This document shows, piece after piece, positions 37,543 to 46,886 of a stretch of DNA of 59,517 nt. This DNA comes from an uncultured virus (IMG/VR IMGVR_UViG_3300045961_000160) (lineage: Duplodnaviria; Heunggongvirae; Uroviricota; Caudoviricetes). Positions within the stretch are counted from its first letter, which is position 1; every line of letters begins with the position of its first letter. Where the stretch lies: the IMG/VR virus record IMGVR_UViG_3300045961_000160; one strand, written 5' to 3'. A program made the position numbers and the translations under genes. Under the pieces are notes generated by a model that worked only from the letters and a program-made list of their open reading frames with translations, ran no database searches and was not told the DNA's origin.

Positions 37543-37653
37543 GACAGCAGGGATAGACTTGCAACTGGTTGTACAAAAGGGAGGGTAAGATTGTGACATT
37601 TCTTATCCTCTCACAACAGTAACTAAAAAATGTTTAACTAACTATTATTACCT

Positions 37654-37803
37654 ATGAAAACATTTCATATTTGCTATTTAATTGGAGAAGAATTGTGCAG
37701 CGGAATAAACATTTTAGCTAAAAGTTATTCGGATGCTGAGTCTAAATTCTTTAAACTGTTTCAGAAAAAAGAAATAGTTTACATATCAAAGCTTGCAAAT
37801 TAA
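37654..37803 (+). CDS. Small hypothetical protein (49 aa, absent from ORF track)
   Basis: MKTFHICYLIGEELCSGINILAKSYSDAESKF... Confidence 0.55.
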   Translation: MKTFHICYLIGEELCSGINILAKSYSDAESKFFKLFQKKEIVYISKLAN

Positions 37804-37830
37804 ATATAATTTATTAATTTAGAATAGCTC

Positions 37831-38010
37831 ATGAAGAAATATTTTACAATAGCTTGGCTTTCTTTGATCGCACATTTCTGCGCAATGGCTCTATGGATTC
37901 TTATAGACTTCAGTCTGTCATTGGTTTTGCTACCATTTTCATTTTTCTGTTTATTCATTTGTGCTTCCATGATTTTTTTAATTGGATACACTTTAACTGC
38001 TAAAGATTGA
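37831..38010 (+). CDS. Small membrane protein (59 aa, absent from ORF track)
   Basis: MKKYFTIAWLSLIAHF...; stop overlaps next gene start. Confidence 0.55.
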   Translation: MKKYFTIAWLSLIAHFCAMALWILIDFSLSLVLLPFSFFCLFICASMIFLIGYTLTAKD

Positions 38011-38420
38011 TGAGAAAAGATGTAGAAATGGATCTCTTACTTACTAAATTTAAGAGTGCAACCAAAGAAAAACAAGAAGGATTATTAACTTTTTTATTAA
38101 AAGATAATTCTAACTATGACAGCATAGTTGATTACTTAAATAATAAAAAGTTAAGACATGAAGGAAAAGATGTAACTGAAGGTGAATTTATATTAGTTGA
38201 TCCTTTAACTCTTAATTCATATCCAGAAATTAAGCTGAGTTACTACAAAGAAAAAGGTTTGCTTATCAATGAGACTCATCTTCAATTAAGAGTCACACAT
38301 ATCAATCCTATAACTAACTACATAGGTTTAGAATTCTACACTAAAAACAATAAGTTTGAAATTGTAGACATTTACCCTAGTTATATTCCAGATCAAAAAT
38401 CATTTGAAATAATACTGTAA
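38007..38420 (+). CDS. Hypothetical protein
   Basis: 137 aa. Confidence 0.65.
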   Translation: MMRKDVEMDLLLTKFKSATKEKQEGLLTFLLKDNSNYDSIVDYLNNKKLRHEGKDVTEGEFILVDPLTLNSYPEIKLSYYKEKGLLINETHLQLRVTHINPITNYIGLEFYTKNNKFEIVDIYPSYIPDQKSFEIIL

Positions 38421-38421
38421 A

Positions 38422-38655
38422 ATGATTTACCAACTACCAAATGGCCGCGTTGTTAAGCTAAGCATTGAGACTTACTTAAAGATGACAGATGAAGACCTGC
38501 GGTATCTCAATGAGATTAACATTGGTAGTACTGGTAGTGATGATCCTTTTGTTTCAGAAGATGAAGCAGAATCTTTGGACATCATTGAAGAAGAATACAT
38601 TGAAGATCTTCCTCCGGATTTTGATATTCCAGATGAAGGTACATTTGAAGATTAA
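38422..38655 (+). CDS. Small acidic protein
   Basis: MIYQLPNGRVVKLSIETYLKMTDEDL with D/E-rich tail. Confidence 0.7.
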   Translation: MIYQLPNGRVVKLSIETYLKMTDEDLRYLNEINIGSTGSDDPFVSEDEAESLDIIEEEYIEDLPPDFDIPDEGTFED

Positions 38656-38677
38656 TCCCCCAAAAAATTTATTTACT

Positions 38678-39133
38678 ATGAAAACTAATAGCTTTGAAGG
38701 CTTACAGGAATTAGTATATTCTGGCCAAATGGAACACAAACAATTCCCTACAATATCTATTGTAGATTACACCTATCTATCACCGGTGCAAACAGAATTG
38801 TATATGCGCTTAATCAAAGGACTTGACAAGTATACACCACAAGAGTTGTATGCAATGAACAGTGCCAAAAAGATTAAGATCAAAAAGAAACACTTGCAAG
38901 CTCAACGCATTTTAAATACTTGGAAACAAGAATTAACAAATGAGTTAACTAACAAGCTATTACTTAGTCTTTTTCCTAAGTCTAAGTTGGTTAAAGATTT
39001 AACTGATGGTACATTTACAAGTACAAACTTTGTAAATACATTATCATTTAAAGACCTCCGTATTACTAAGGCAGATGTGATTAATAAATTTATTCAATCA
39101 AATTTATTACCGCATAACTTTGCAACATTATGA
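38678..39133 (+). CDS. Hypothetical protein
   Basis: Start reassigned to ATG 38678; ends FIQSNLLPHNF. Confidence 0.7.
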   Translation: MKTNSFEGLQELVYSGQMEHKQFPTISIVDYTYLSPVQTELYMRLIKGLDKYTPQELYAMNSAKKIKIKKKHLQAQRILNTWKQELTNELTNKLLLSLFPKSKLVKDLTDGTFTSTNFVNTLSFKDLRITKADVINKFIQSNLLPHNFATL

Positions 39134-39525
39134 AACTGAAGGAATGTGATGGGTGTAAGAAACTTGCACCCATTTTTAAAAATCAAACAGTTAATGGTGT
39201 ACGGTACCGGTTATGTCAATCATGTGCAAGAAAAGGACATGTTGCCCTTAAACCCAACAAGACACAGATTAAAAAACTTAGTGAAAAGAAAGTACTTGAA
39301 GGTAGATTGTATTCAATTAAACACAAGCAATACATGGCAGTACATGACCGCTGTGAAATTAATACGCCAGGGTGCACATCTGTAGCTGTAGAGATACATC
39401 ACACAGCATATCGCACTGGTGCTAATTACTTGGATACAAATACTTGGAAAGCAACGTGTAGAGCATGCCACAATTGGGTACATGCTAACCCCAAAGAAGC
39501 CAGGGATTTAGGCTTCCTTATTTAA
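39130..39525 (+). CDS. Zn-finger HNH nuclease-like protein
   Basis: CDGC...CQSC; CE...GC...EIHH...CRACHNWVH. Confidence 0.75.
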   Translation: MKLKECDGCKKLAPIFKNQTVNGVRYRLCQSCARKGHVALKPNKTQIKKLSEKKVLEGRLYSIKHKQYMAVHDRCEINTPGCTSVAVEIHHTAYRTGANYLDTNTWKATCRACHNWVHANPKEARDLGFLI

Positions 39526-39535
39526 TTTACTTACC

Positions 39536-39754
39536 ATGGAAAATAGTAAAGTATTTATTGAAGAAATTGAAGTGACTATAGATCACTTAGGTGCACCTGT
39601 ATTATATGTACCCAGACATGTAGATAACAATCAAGACCATCCAGATTGTGAGGTAGGATTCATCTCTACAGTAAATGAAAATGGTATATGGGCTAGGTTT
39701 CATGAAGGTGACACCGGTGCTAAGTGTGACCCTGAAACATTACGCTGGCTATGA
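39536..39754 (+). CDS. Hypothetical protein
   Basis: 72 aa, YVPRH...HPDCEVG. Confidence 0.65.
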   Translation: MENSKVFIEEIEVTIDHLGAPVLYVPRHVDNNQDHPDCEVGFISTVNENGIWARFHEGDTGAKCDPETLRWL

Positions 39755-40839
39755 ATAAGAAATCAATCATACAGCAAGAGTGTTTAGAAGCTATAGGAAA
39801 CAAAGAATTAGCCGGTGCAGTATTAGGTACAGGTGCCGGCAAAACTTTGCTTGGTCTTAAGCACATGGCTAAGAACTATCATGATGTAGCAATGTTTCTT
39901 GTTGTGGCTCCAAAGAAATCAATCTTTAATGAGTGGGTTAACCAAGCAAAAGAACATGGTCTAGAGTATTTAATTCCTCACATGACCTTTAGTACTTATT
40001 TAAGTTTGCACAAACAACCTTACACATTTGATGTTGCTTATTTTGATGAATGTCATAATGCTAAAACAAAACATGGTGAATGGATGAAATGGTTCAATGG
40101 AAAACTCATTGGTCTTACCGGAACATATCCTAAATACAAATCATCTGAGAGTTACAAAGTTTGCAGTAAATACTTTCCAGTAGTATATAAATACACTGTT
40201 GCTGATGGTATTAGCGACCACTTGCTTAATGATTACAAGATCTATGTGCATTTATTATCATTGGATAAAGCTAAGACATTCAGAACATCAAGAGGTGCGC
40301 TTACATCTGAAGAACTAAACTACTGGCAATGGTGTAAAATCATTGAGAATGCCAAGCCTGCTGATGTGATGCTTAAAAGAATCATGCGCATGAAAGCTAT
40401 TCAGTCCTATAGGACAAAGGTTGTTTATGCCAAACGCTTATTAGCAAAGCAAACAGAGAAAACTTTGGTGTTTACTGACTTCACTACACAGGCAGATGAA
40501 ATTTGTGATCATGTGTATCATAGCAAGGAATCTAAATCAAAAGAGAACTTAGAGTTGTTTAGGTCAGGTAAAATTAGTAGATTAGCATCTGTGCTTCAGA
40601 TTGCTGAGGGTGCAAACATACCAAACCTCAAGGTAGGTATTATCATGCACGCATATGCAAATGAAAAGAAACTGAGTCAAAAGATTGGTAGGTTTTTAAG
40701 ACTTAATCCTGATGATAAAAGTGTAGTACATGTTCTATGTTACAAAGACACAGTTGATCTGGATTGGTGCAAGAAAGCGTTAAAAGATTTTGACCCTAAA
40801 AAAGTAATTAAGTACAATGGCAGAGTTAATCCTATATAA
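39751..40839 (+). CDS. SF2 (DExH) helicase
   Basis: GTGAGKT, DECH, LTGT, EGANIP, QKIGRFLR. Confidence 0.9.
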   Translation: MNKKSIIQQECLEAIGNKELAGAVLGTGAGKTLLGLKHMAKNYHDVAMFLVVAPKKSIFNEWVNQAKEHGLEYLIPHMTFSTYLSLHKQPYTFDVAYFDECHNAKTKHGEWMKWFNGKLIGLTGTYPKYKSSESYKVCSKYFPVVYKYTVADGISDHLLNDYKIYVHLLSLDKAKTFRTSRGALTSEELNYWQWCKIIENAKPADVMLKRIMRMKAIQSYRTKVVYAKRLLAKQTEKTLVFTDFTTQADEICDHVYHSKESKSKENLELFRSGKISRLASVLQIAEGANIPNLKVGIIMHAYANEKKLSQKIGRFLRLNPDDKSVVHVLCYKDTVDLDWCKKALKDFDPKKVIKYNGRVNPI

Positions 40840-41038
40840 CGATGAGCACAACAGCTACATGAAAGTTAAAGCTTGCTTAATCAGATATTGTGAACACACG
40901 CCTATACAAGCAGAACAGTGTACATTAATTGCTCACAATGCAGGCAAGTGCCAGATTAAAAGTGGAGACTTCATGGATATGTTTGAAATGAAATCTGAAT
41001 TAGAACAACACAACTTAAAAGTTGAATTAATATCTTGA
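40817..41038 (+). CDS. clpS: ClpS-like protease adaptor
   Basis: LILYNDEHNSY..V..CL...C.H...QAEQC.LIAH..GKC matches Bacteroidota ClpS. Confidence 0.8.
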   Translation: MAELILYNDEHNSYMKVKACLIRYCEHTPIQAEQCTLIAHNAGKCQIKSGDFMDMFEMKSELEQHNLKVELIS

Positions 41039-41364
41039 ATATGAAAAATAAAGATCAAGATCCAGTAGATGAAACTCTATTGCATTTAAGACCACAGTCT
41101 CCGGAAGAGAAACTATTGTGGGCTGATTCTCATATAGCTAAGCTTAAAGCTCAAGTTACATCTTGTCAAATTAAAAATGGTGAGTTGCAATCTGAATTAG
41201 ATGAGCTAAGACATGAGATGAAACACAGTGAAAAAGATGCACTTATCCTTAAAACAAGGAATCAAAAGGTTCTCCTACAGGACAAGGACAATCGCATCAA
41301 GGATCTCAAAAAAACCATAGAGCAGTTAATGGATAAAGTAATCAGACTACAAGTAAACAAGTAA
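41035..41364 (+). CDS. Coiled-coil hypothetical protein
   Basis: 109 aa with heptad pattern. Confidence 0.6.
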   Translation: MNMKNKDQDPVDETLLHLRPQSPEEKLLWADSHIAKLKAQVTSCQIKNGELQSELDELRHEMKHSEKDALILKTRNQKVLLQDKDNRIKDLKKTIEQLMDKVIRLQVNK

Positions 41365-41365
41365 C

Positions 41366-41575
41366 ATGAAAATACAAATAGACATCCCAGATTTCATTTG
41401 CAGTAAGCTATATGAACTAGGTATAGGTAAGGCTAAGATGGCCAATGTGTTTAGAGCATACCTCAATACACTAATGGAAGATGACTATGAAGCATTTGAA
41501 ACAGAGTTTAATAGTTGGCTTGAAGATTTGACAGAAGAAGAATTAACTGACATTCAAAACGGAAATAATTTATGA
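41366..41575 (+). CDS. Hypothetical protein
   Basis: 69 aa, acidic. Confidence 0.6.
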   Translation: MKIQIDIPDFICSKLYELGIGKAKMANVFRAYLNTLMEDDYEAFETEFNSWLEDLTEEELTDIQNGNNL

Positions 41576-41651
41576 ACAGAAATTATGAAAGAGTAATCCT
41601 ATTCCTGGCAGGAGTAGGTGCCGCTGGCGTAGTTTATTTATTGGAAAGCTT

Positions 41652-41888
41652 ATGAACATAACAGCAGATGAAGCGCGCATCCTTAGCGCAGTATTAGTAG
41701 ATGGTAAATATAATCTTACCAAATATGCTACTAAACATTCCGGTGTTGAATCAATGCAAGCTTTAGAAGAGCTTGAAATAAAACTCCGCACTGGGAGTAA
41801 AGACATGCGCAGAAATGGTAGGAAATCAAGCAATGGTTTCAGTGATTGCTTAAACAGATTTGTTTCAAAACATAAAAAAACAGCATGA
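41652..41888 (+). CDS. Hypothetical protein
   Basis: 78 aa, ATGA-coupled. Confidence 0.55.
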   Translation: MNITADEARILSAVLVDGKYNLTKYATKHSGVESMQALEELEIKLRTGSKDMRRNGRKSSNGFSDCLNRFVSKHKKTA

Positions 41889-42163
41889 GTCTACCAATGA
41901 AAATCATGTGCATCAATGATGCCAATAAACCCGCTGAAATTCCAGCAAGCAAATGGGTTAAGAAAAATCATATCTATACACTTGTAGAGGTTCAGAATTT
42001 ACTATCATCACAATCATTTGGCTTTGTCCTAGCAGAGATTACTTTAGATGAGTCATGTTTTCCTTATCATTATTTTAATCCAGATAGATTTGTTCCAATA
42101 GATGCCATACAAGAAGATTTATTAAATCAGGCAGAGGAAATTATCAATCCAATAATCGCGTGA
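41885..42163 (+). CDS. Hypothetical protein
   Basis: CINDANKP...YT...LAEI...F..DRF. Confidence 0.65.
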   Translation: MSLPMKIMCINDANKPAEIPASKWVKKNHIYTLVEVQNLLSSQSFGFVLAEITLDESCFPYHYFNPDRFVPIDAIQEDLLNQAEEIINPIIA

Positions 42164-42471
42164 GTAAAAAATGGAAAAGAGTAAAATCTAGAAGTCAAAA
42201 AGAAACTGTCATTCATATGTACCTAGCCGGATGTTCTCCAAAAGAAATATCCCAAGCAAAAGACTATTACATTTCAGATGTTGAATACATTATTCATCTA
42301 TTCGCAATAAATGAAATGCCAGAGTTAATGCATAAAAACCGCGCTCTAGGACATAAGTCAGTTCCTTACTACAAGACTGAAGATGAAATGCTCAAAGAAC
42401 CTGTGTATACTTATGATTCACTAAGCCCATCAGAAAAAAAGATATATGATGAATCACGGAAGAATAAATAA
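42160..42471 (+). CDS. HTH-like protein
   Basis: MYLAGCSPKEISQAKDYYISDVEYII. Confidence 0.5.
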   Translation: MSKKWKRVKSRSQKETVIHMYLAGCSPKEISQAKDYYISDVEYIIHLFAINEMPELMHKNRALGHKSVPYYKTEDEMLKEPVYTYDSLSPSEKKIYDESRKNK

Positions 42472-42943
42472 ACAATACTACGGTGAACTTACAAAGGACA
42501 TTGAAAGTATTTATTCTGCATATCCTGATTTATATAAGATGTACTTATACTTTAGGAGATGTAGAAGAAGAGATGCTTACTATGTTGCTCTAAAAAGACA
42601 TGCTGTAAGTATAATTAGAGAATTAAAAGTGCCAATTGTTCTTAGACAAGTTGCAGACATAATCAATGTAACTAATCATGCTACAGTAATCAATCTTGAA
42701 AAGAACTACAAGAAAGTTTATAATTATGATGAGTTTGTAAAAGGATTTGATTACTACTTGGAAAACTATTTGTATCCATTAACAGAGAAAAATGAACATA
42801 AAAGAAACACAATCGGCTTCTACAACCTTGTCCACATTCCAGACAAGAATCCAGAGAAGAAAACACAGTTTATTGTTGTCGGGAAAAAAAGAAAAATCTC
42901 ACCTGCAACGTTTAGCAAAGCAAGTAAAATTGCGCAACATTAA
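42446..42943 (+). CDS. Putative DNA-binding protein (DnaA C-terminal-like HTH)
   Basis: LRQVADIINVTNHATVIN resembles the DHxTV motif. Confidence 0.5.
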   Translation: MMNHGRINKQYYGELTKDIESIYSAYPDLYKMYLYFRRCRRRDAYYVALKRHAVSIIRELKVPIVLRQVADIINVTNHATVINLEKNYKKVYNYDEFVKGFDYYLENYLYPLTEKNEHKRNTIGFYNLVHIPDKNPEKKTQFIVVGKKRKISPATFSKASKIAQH

Positions 42944-42961
42944 TCCAGAAACAGAAGCGTA

Positions 42962-43489
42962 ATGGCTAACTGGTGTTGGAATTGTGTATCATTTACAGGT
43001 GAAGAACAAAATCTCAAAAGCTTTGCTAGAATGATGAATAAAACCATCAAGCAAGAAGAAAAAACCGGTCTTGGGCAAATACTTTTTGGATTAGAAGGAG
43101 AGTTAGATGGTTACATGTTTCAAATTACATGGACTAATGATGGAGATTCAATAACATTTGAAAGCAGATGGAGTCCTATTCCACAAGAAATGGTACGCAT
43201 AGCGCAACTATTTAACTTAGAGTTCACCTATGAGTATGAAGAATCTGGAAACAATCTGTATGGTCAATACACTTATGAAAATGGACATTTGTATGATCAA
43301 CAACTCTCAGATGATGATGTAGATAGTTGTCGTTGTAAAGATGAAGATGATGATCCAGATGATCCAAATGAACAAAACGGTTTTGACTATGAGAAATGTT
43401 GGGATTTAGTAGCTAATGCAGAAATGCAAACTATTGATCTACACTCTGCCCTTAAACAACCTGAAAATGAAGAAAACCTGTGTTATTAA
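42962..43489 (+). CDS. DUF1281/YubB-like ferredoxin-fold protein
   Basis: MANWCWN...FESRWSP...YEYEESG. Confidence 0.7.
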   Translation: MANWCWNCVSFTGEEQNLKSFARMMNKTIKQEEKTGLGQILFGLEGELDGYMFQITWTNDGDSITFESRWSPIPQEMVRIAQLFNLEFTYEYEESGNNLYGQYTYENGHLYDQQLSDDDVDSCRCKDEDDDPDDPNEQNGFDYEKCWDLVANAEMQTIDLHSALKQPENEENLCY

Positions 43490-43859
43490 ATTCAAAAAAG
43501 TAAATGGTAAACTCTCTCCTAAAGATGGAATAATGAAGCACCGGCTTCAAGAGTTTATTAGAAATCTTTCTGATGATGATGAAATAGAATGTTTGCTTGA
43601 AGCAAATGAGCCAAACAATACTAAGGCTCAGCTGGCAAAGATTCATGTCATGATTAAAGAAATATCTGACGAGACAGGAGAAGATGTAAAGAAGACTAAG
43701 AGAGACATTAAAGATCAATGTGGACTAACAACATACATTGATGGTCAAAAGATCTACAAATCCTTTGCAAATGAATCCAAAGAAAGTCTGTCCAATGTTA
43801 TTGAAAAGATTTACCTCATCGGTGATTTCTTGAATATAAACTTTAGGAAGGATCTGTAG
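43467..43859 (+). CDS. Hypothetical protein, NinB-like
   Basis: TKAQLAKIHVMIKEISDETG...KSFA...LS..IE; start reassigned to MKKTCVIK. Confidence 0.5.
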   Translation: MKKTCVIKFKKVNGKLSPKDGIMKHRLQEFIRNLSDDDEIECLLEANEPNNTKAQLAKIHVMIKEISDETGEDVKKTKRDIKDQCGLTTYIDGQKIYKSFANESKESLSNVIEKIYLIGDFLNINFRKDL

Positions 43860-44151
43860 CTGAATCTTCTGGTTCAGGAGCTTTGAGCTCTAATGCATCA
43901 GTAAGACTGTCTAAGTCATGTTTAGTTGCATCTTCTACAGATTTCATGAGCATCATGAAAGTTTGAATGACTGCCTCATCAAGAGTTAATGCAGTATCTG
44001 GAGTATCAATATTCTCCAATGCTTTTTTAACATCTTCTTGACGATCAAGCAATCTCATTACTTGATCATATACCCGGTGATAATATGCACCAGAAACTTC
44101 AATGCTAACTATAGCATCTTTTTTAATTACATTAACAATTTTTGTAGCCAT
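43843..44151 (-). CDS. Hypothetical protein; lone minus-strand gene in the replication block
   Basis: MATKIVNVIKKDAIVSIEVSGAYYHRV... fills the gap exactly; start codon overlaps the divergent gene at CATG. Confidence 0.65.
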   Translation of the reverse strand: MATKIVNVIKKDAIVSIEVSGAYYHRVYDQVMRLLDRQEDVKKALENIDTPDTALTLDEAVIQTFMMLMKSVEDATKHDLDSLTDALELKAPEPEDSATDPS

Positions 44152-44746
44152 GAGTTCAAAAATAAACATTAAAGACATAATAATCAAACAAAAAGAAAAA
44201 TTTTCAGCTACAAGTTGGGGTGAAATATTAAATACAGAATTTGATAAACCAGCATTTGAATCATTCATGCAAAAGCTAGTTAATCAAGTAGAAAAAGGAA
44301 TTAAGTTTGCACCTCCAATGAAAGATTGGTTTGCTGATCTACAAGCTGTAGAGTTAGACAACCTAAAAGTTGTAATCATTTCCAAAGAAAGAGTGGAACA
44401 GCTACCTCACTTCATGTCTATTGAAGGACTTGAAAAACAAGGTGTATTGTTTTATCCTTTAGAGAGAACTGCATCCAATAATGTTGGACACATAGAAGAC
44501 TGGAGAATGTTTAACATTTCTTTTGTTGACTATTTAGTTACTCAAAAACCTAATCTCATCTATGTATTTATAGGCTTTGATGCTAGTCAATTTTCTGACT
44601 TAGTAGGTGATGAATCAGAAGCTTCTAAAATCTTTTTACCAGAACTCACTCATGATATTTATCAGAAACATGTAGTTCATGAATTGTTTTCAACAAATGT
44701 AAATGAATTGCTAGAAAAGCATGACATTTCTGCTGTTAATTGGTAA
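44150..44746 (+). CDS. Uracil-DNA glycosylase-fold protein, apparently inactive
   Basis: SWGEIL..EF, P...WF, KVVII, EKQGVL, GH..W, YVFIG, terminal VNW align with family-1 UNG, but GQDPY and HPSP are absent. Confidence 0.7.
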   Translation: MSSKINIKDIIIKQKEKFSATSWGEILNTEFDKPAFESFMQKLVNQVEKGIKFAPPMKDWFADLQAVELDNLKVVIISKERVEQLPHFMSIEGLEKQGVLFYPLERTASNNVGHIEDWRMFNISFVDYLVTQKPNLIYVFIGFDASQFSDLVGDESEASKIFLPELTHDIYQKHVVHELFSTNVNELLEKHDISAVNW

Positions 44747-44772
44747 ATAATTAGTATTTTAGTAGCCTTTCT

Positions 44773-45360
44773 ATGAAAAAAAATCTCAAGCAAACAAGCT
44801 TATTTGATAGGCTCAAATTCTTTAAAGTTACAGTAAAAGAATACCTGCTGATTTATCAAATTTATATTGGCAAAGACTTACCAACTGCAGTAAAATGCAC
44901 ATTGCGTACAGAGTTATATGCCGGTGATAAATTAACTGACTACAGTGTTCGGATTATTGAAAGTGTTGATGAATTATTTGTAGCCAAAAAGAAAATCAAG
45001 TTAGATGTTTTGATGGGTGTAGATTACAGTGAGCAGATTGATGCTTACATTGAATGCTTTCCTACAGCTAAACTTCCTAATGGTAAATACGCTAGAGGGA
45101 ATAAGAAAAACATTGAGACCAACTTCAAATGGTTCTTTGAGAATTACAATTACTCTTGGAATGTTATACATGCAGCTGCTGTTATGTATGTTACAGAATA
45201 CAGAGCAAAGAACTATTTGTATATGAGAACAGCAATGTATTTCATTAGAAAAGATGATGGAACTAGAACAGTTCATTCAGATTTAGCTGACTATTGTGAC
45301 AAGATTGTTAACAATGAAAGCTACACACAAGAGAAATACTTTAAAACAAAAGTCCTATGA
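44773..45360 (+). CDS. Putative replication initiator/helicase loader
   Basis: Directly upstream of DnaB with ATGA coupling; FP..KLPNGKYAR...YMRTAMYFI. Confidence 0.5.
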   Translation: MKKNLKQTSLFDRLKFFKVTVKEYLLIYQIYIGKDLPTAVKCTLRTELYAGDKLTDYSVRIIESVDELFVAKKKIKLDVLMGVDYSEQIDAYIECFPTAKLPNGKYARGNKKNIETNFKWFFENYNYSWNVIHAAAVMYVTEYRAKNYLYMRTAMYFIRKDDGTRTVHSDLADYCDKIVNNESYTQEKYFKTKVL

Positions 45361-46355
45361 AGTGGAAAAGTCATAAAGACCATTACTTAGAAGCGTTGCA
45401 TTATATGAAGGGTAAGCAACAAGGAATTATTTCCAGCTACAAAACCCCATGGCCAAAGTTTAACCGCGCAACCTTGAATGGCTTAGAGTTTAACACTATT
45501 ACAGTAATTGGAGCAAGACCTGCATCAGGAAAAACCTTAATGGTTGATCAGATTGTAAGGGAAGGTTTTGATTTGAACCCAGGACTTAACATACGGGTGT
45601 TGCAATTTCAATTGGAAATGTTTGGTAGAACATCTAAGATCAGAGAGTTCTCATCAGTTACAAAAGAATCTTACAGATACTTATGTAGTGCTGAAGAAGA
45701 AGGTATCGTGGTTACAGATGCAGTAATTAAACAGTGCCATGATTATGCAAAATCCGCGGCAAAGTATCCTATTGACATTATTGATGAAGCAGTAACAGTA
45801 AAACAATTCAAGCAAGAAATTCTTGAGTACATGAATAAGTTTTCTGTGACAGCTGAAGATGGTAAAGTCAAATACCAAAATACTATTGTCACCCTTGACC
45901 ACTCCGTTCTTATTAAAAAAGACAGTACAGAAGCTAACAAACAAGAGATGCTTGCAAATCTTGGTGAAGTATGTACTGAACTCAAGAAGAAATTTCCTAT
46001 TGCATTTATTCTACTTACACAATTAAACAGGGACACTGATAGACCTGAGCGAAATGAAAATGGTAAGTATGGTAATTACATTCTTGAGTCTGATATTTAT
46101 GGGGGTGATGGACTTTTACAACACGCAGATTTAGTTGTAGGAATTAATAGACCGGCCAAAAGATTTATCAAATACTATGGGCCAGATAGATTTATTATTG
46201 AAGATGACAATACACTAGTATTCCATTGGATTAAATCTAGGAATGGTGAAGTAGGTATGAGCTTCTTTAAAGCTGAATTCCATAACATGTTAATCAGTGA
46301 AATGGATACACCTGGCCAAGACATTCAACAACCAATACAAACTAAAAAGAAATGA
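45357..46355 (+). CDS. dnaB: Replicative DnaB-like (SF4) helicase, C-terminal domain only
   Basis: GARPASGKT, FQLEM, LDH, LTQLNR, HAD, KSRNG. Confidence 0.9.
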   Translation: MKWKSHKDHYLEALHYMKGKQQGIISSYKTPWPKFNRATLNGLEFNTITVIGARPASGKTLMVDQIVREGFDLNPGLNIRVLQFQLEMFGRTSKIREFSSVTKESYRYLCSAEEEGIVVTDAVIKQCHDYAKSAAKYPIDIIDEAVTVKQFKQEILEYMNKFSVTAEDGKVKYQNTIVTLDHSVLIKKDSTEANKQEMLANLGEVCTELKKKFPIAFILLTQLNRDTDRPERNENGKYGNYILESDIYGGDGLLQHADLVVGINRPAKRFIKYYGPDRFIIEDDNTLVFHWIKSRNGEVGMSFFKAEFHNMLISEMDTPGQDIQQPIQTKKK

Positions 46356-46879
46356 ATGGAATAAGAACAAAAAAAGGTCCAGTAAATGAAACGCTAGACA
46401 AGAAAACAAAAATCAGTCTGCTGTTAGACTACCACAAACCATTACTTTCTAAACTAGGTGTAAGTAATCCAAACTATTGCCCTAAGATGGCATACTTTGA
46501 TCAAGGAGAAAGAGTTGTATCATTCTTTCCCAGTGAGATTGAAAGAGGTGAAGATATTTACACAGAGTTTGTAAGTAGGGATTATGATTCAGAAGATGAA
46601 ACAAGGACGCTGTACAAATGGAAGTACAATCCTCATTACAAATCTGAATACAGAGTAACAGAACCACATAGTGCTAACCATACAATTAGGTATATCATTC
46701 CTGTAGAAGAGCTCATCGTTGTTGAAAACACCAGTGATTCTTTTGATGAGTTTGACATGCCTGATCCGGATACAGATTTACCAATCAGTCAGTTAACAAT
46801 TAGAGATCTAGCTGCTATTATGACTGGCAAACCAGTAAGTATGAAACCATGGTTAAATGAAATAGTAAAAAGTAAATAG
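46352..46879 (+). CDS. Hypothetical protein of the replication module
   Basis: 175 aa; C-terminal LTIRDLAAIMTGKPVS.KPWLN. Confidence 0.7.
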   Translation: MNGIRTKKGPVNETLDKKTKISLLLDYHKPLLSKLGVSNPNYCPKMAYFDQGERVVSFFPSEIERGEDIYTEFVSRDYDSEDETRTLYKWKYNPHYKSEYRVTEPHSANHTIRYIIPVEELIVVENTSDSFDEFDMPDPDTDLPISQLTIRDLAAIMTGKPVSMKPWLNEIVKSK

Positions 46880-46886
46880 TGTTTAT

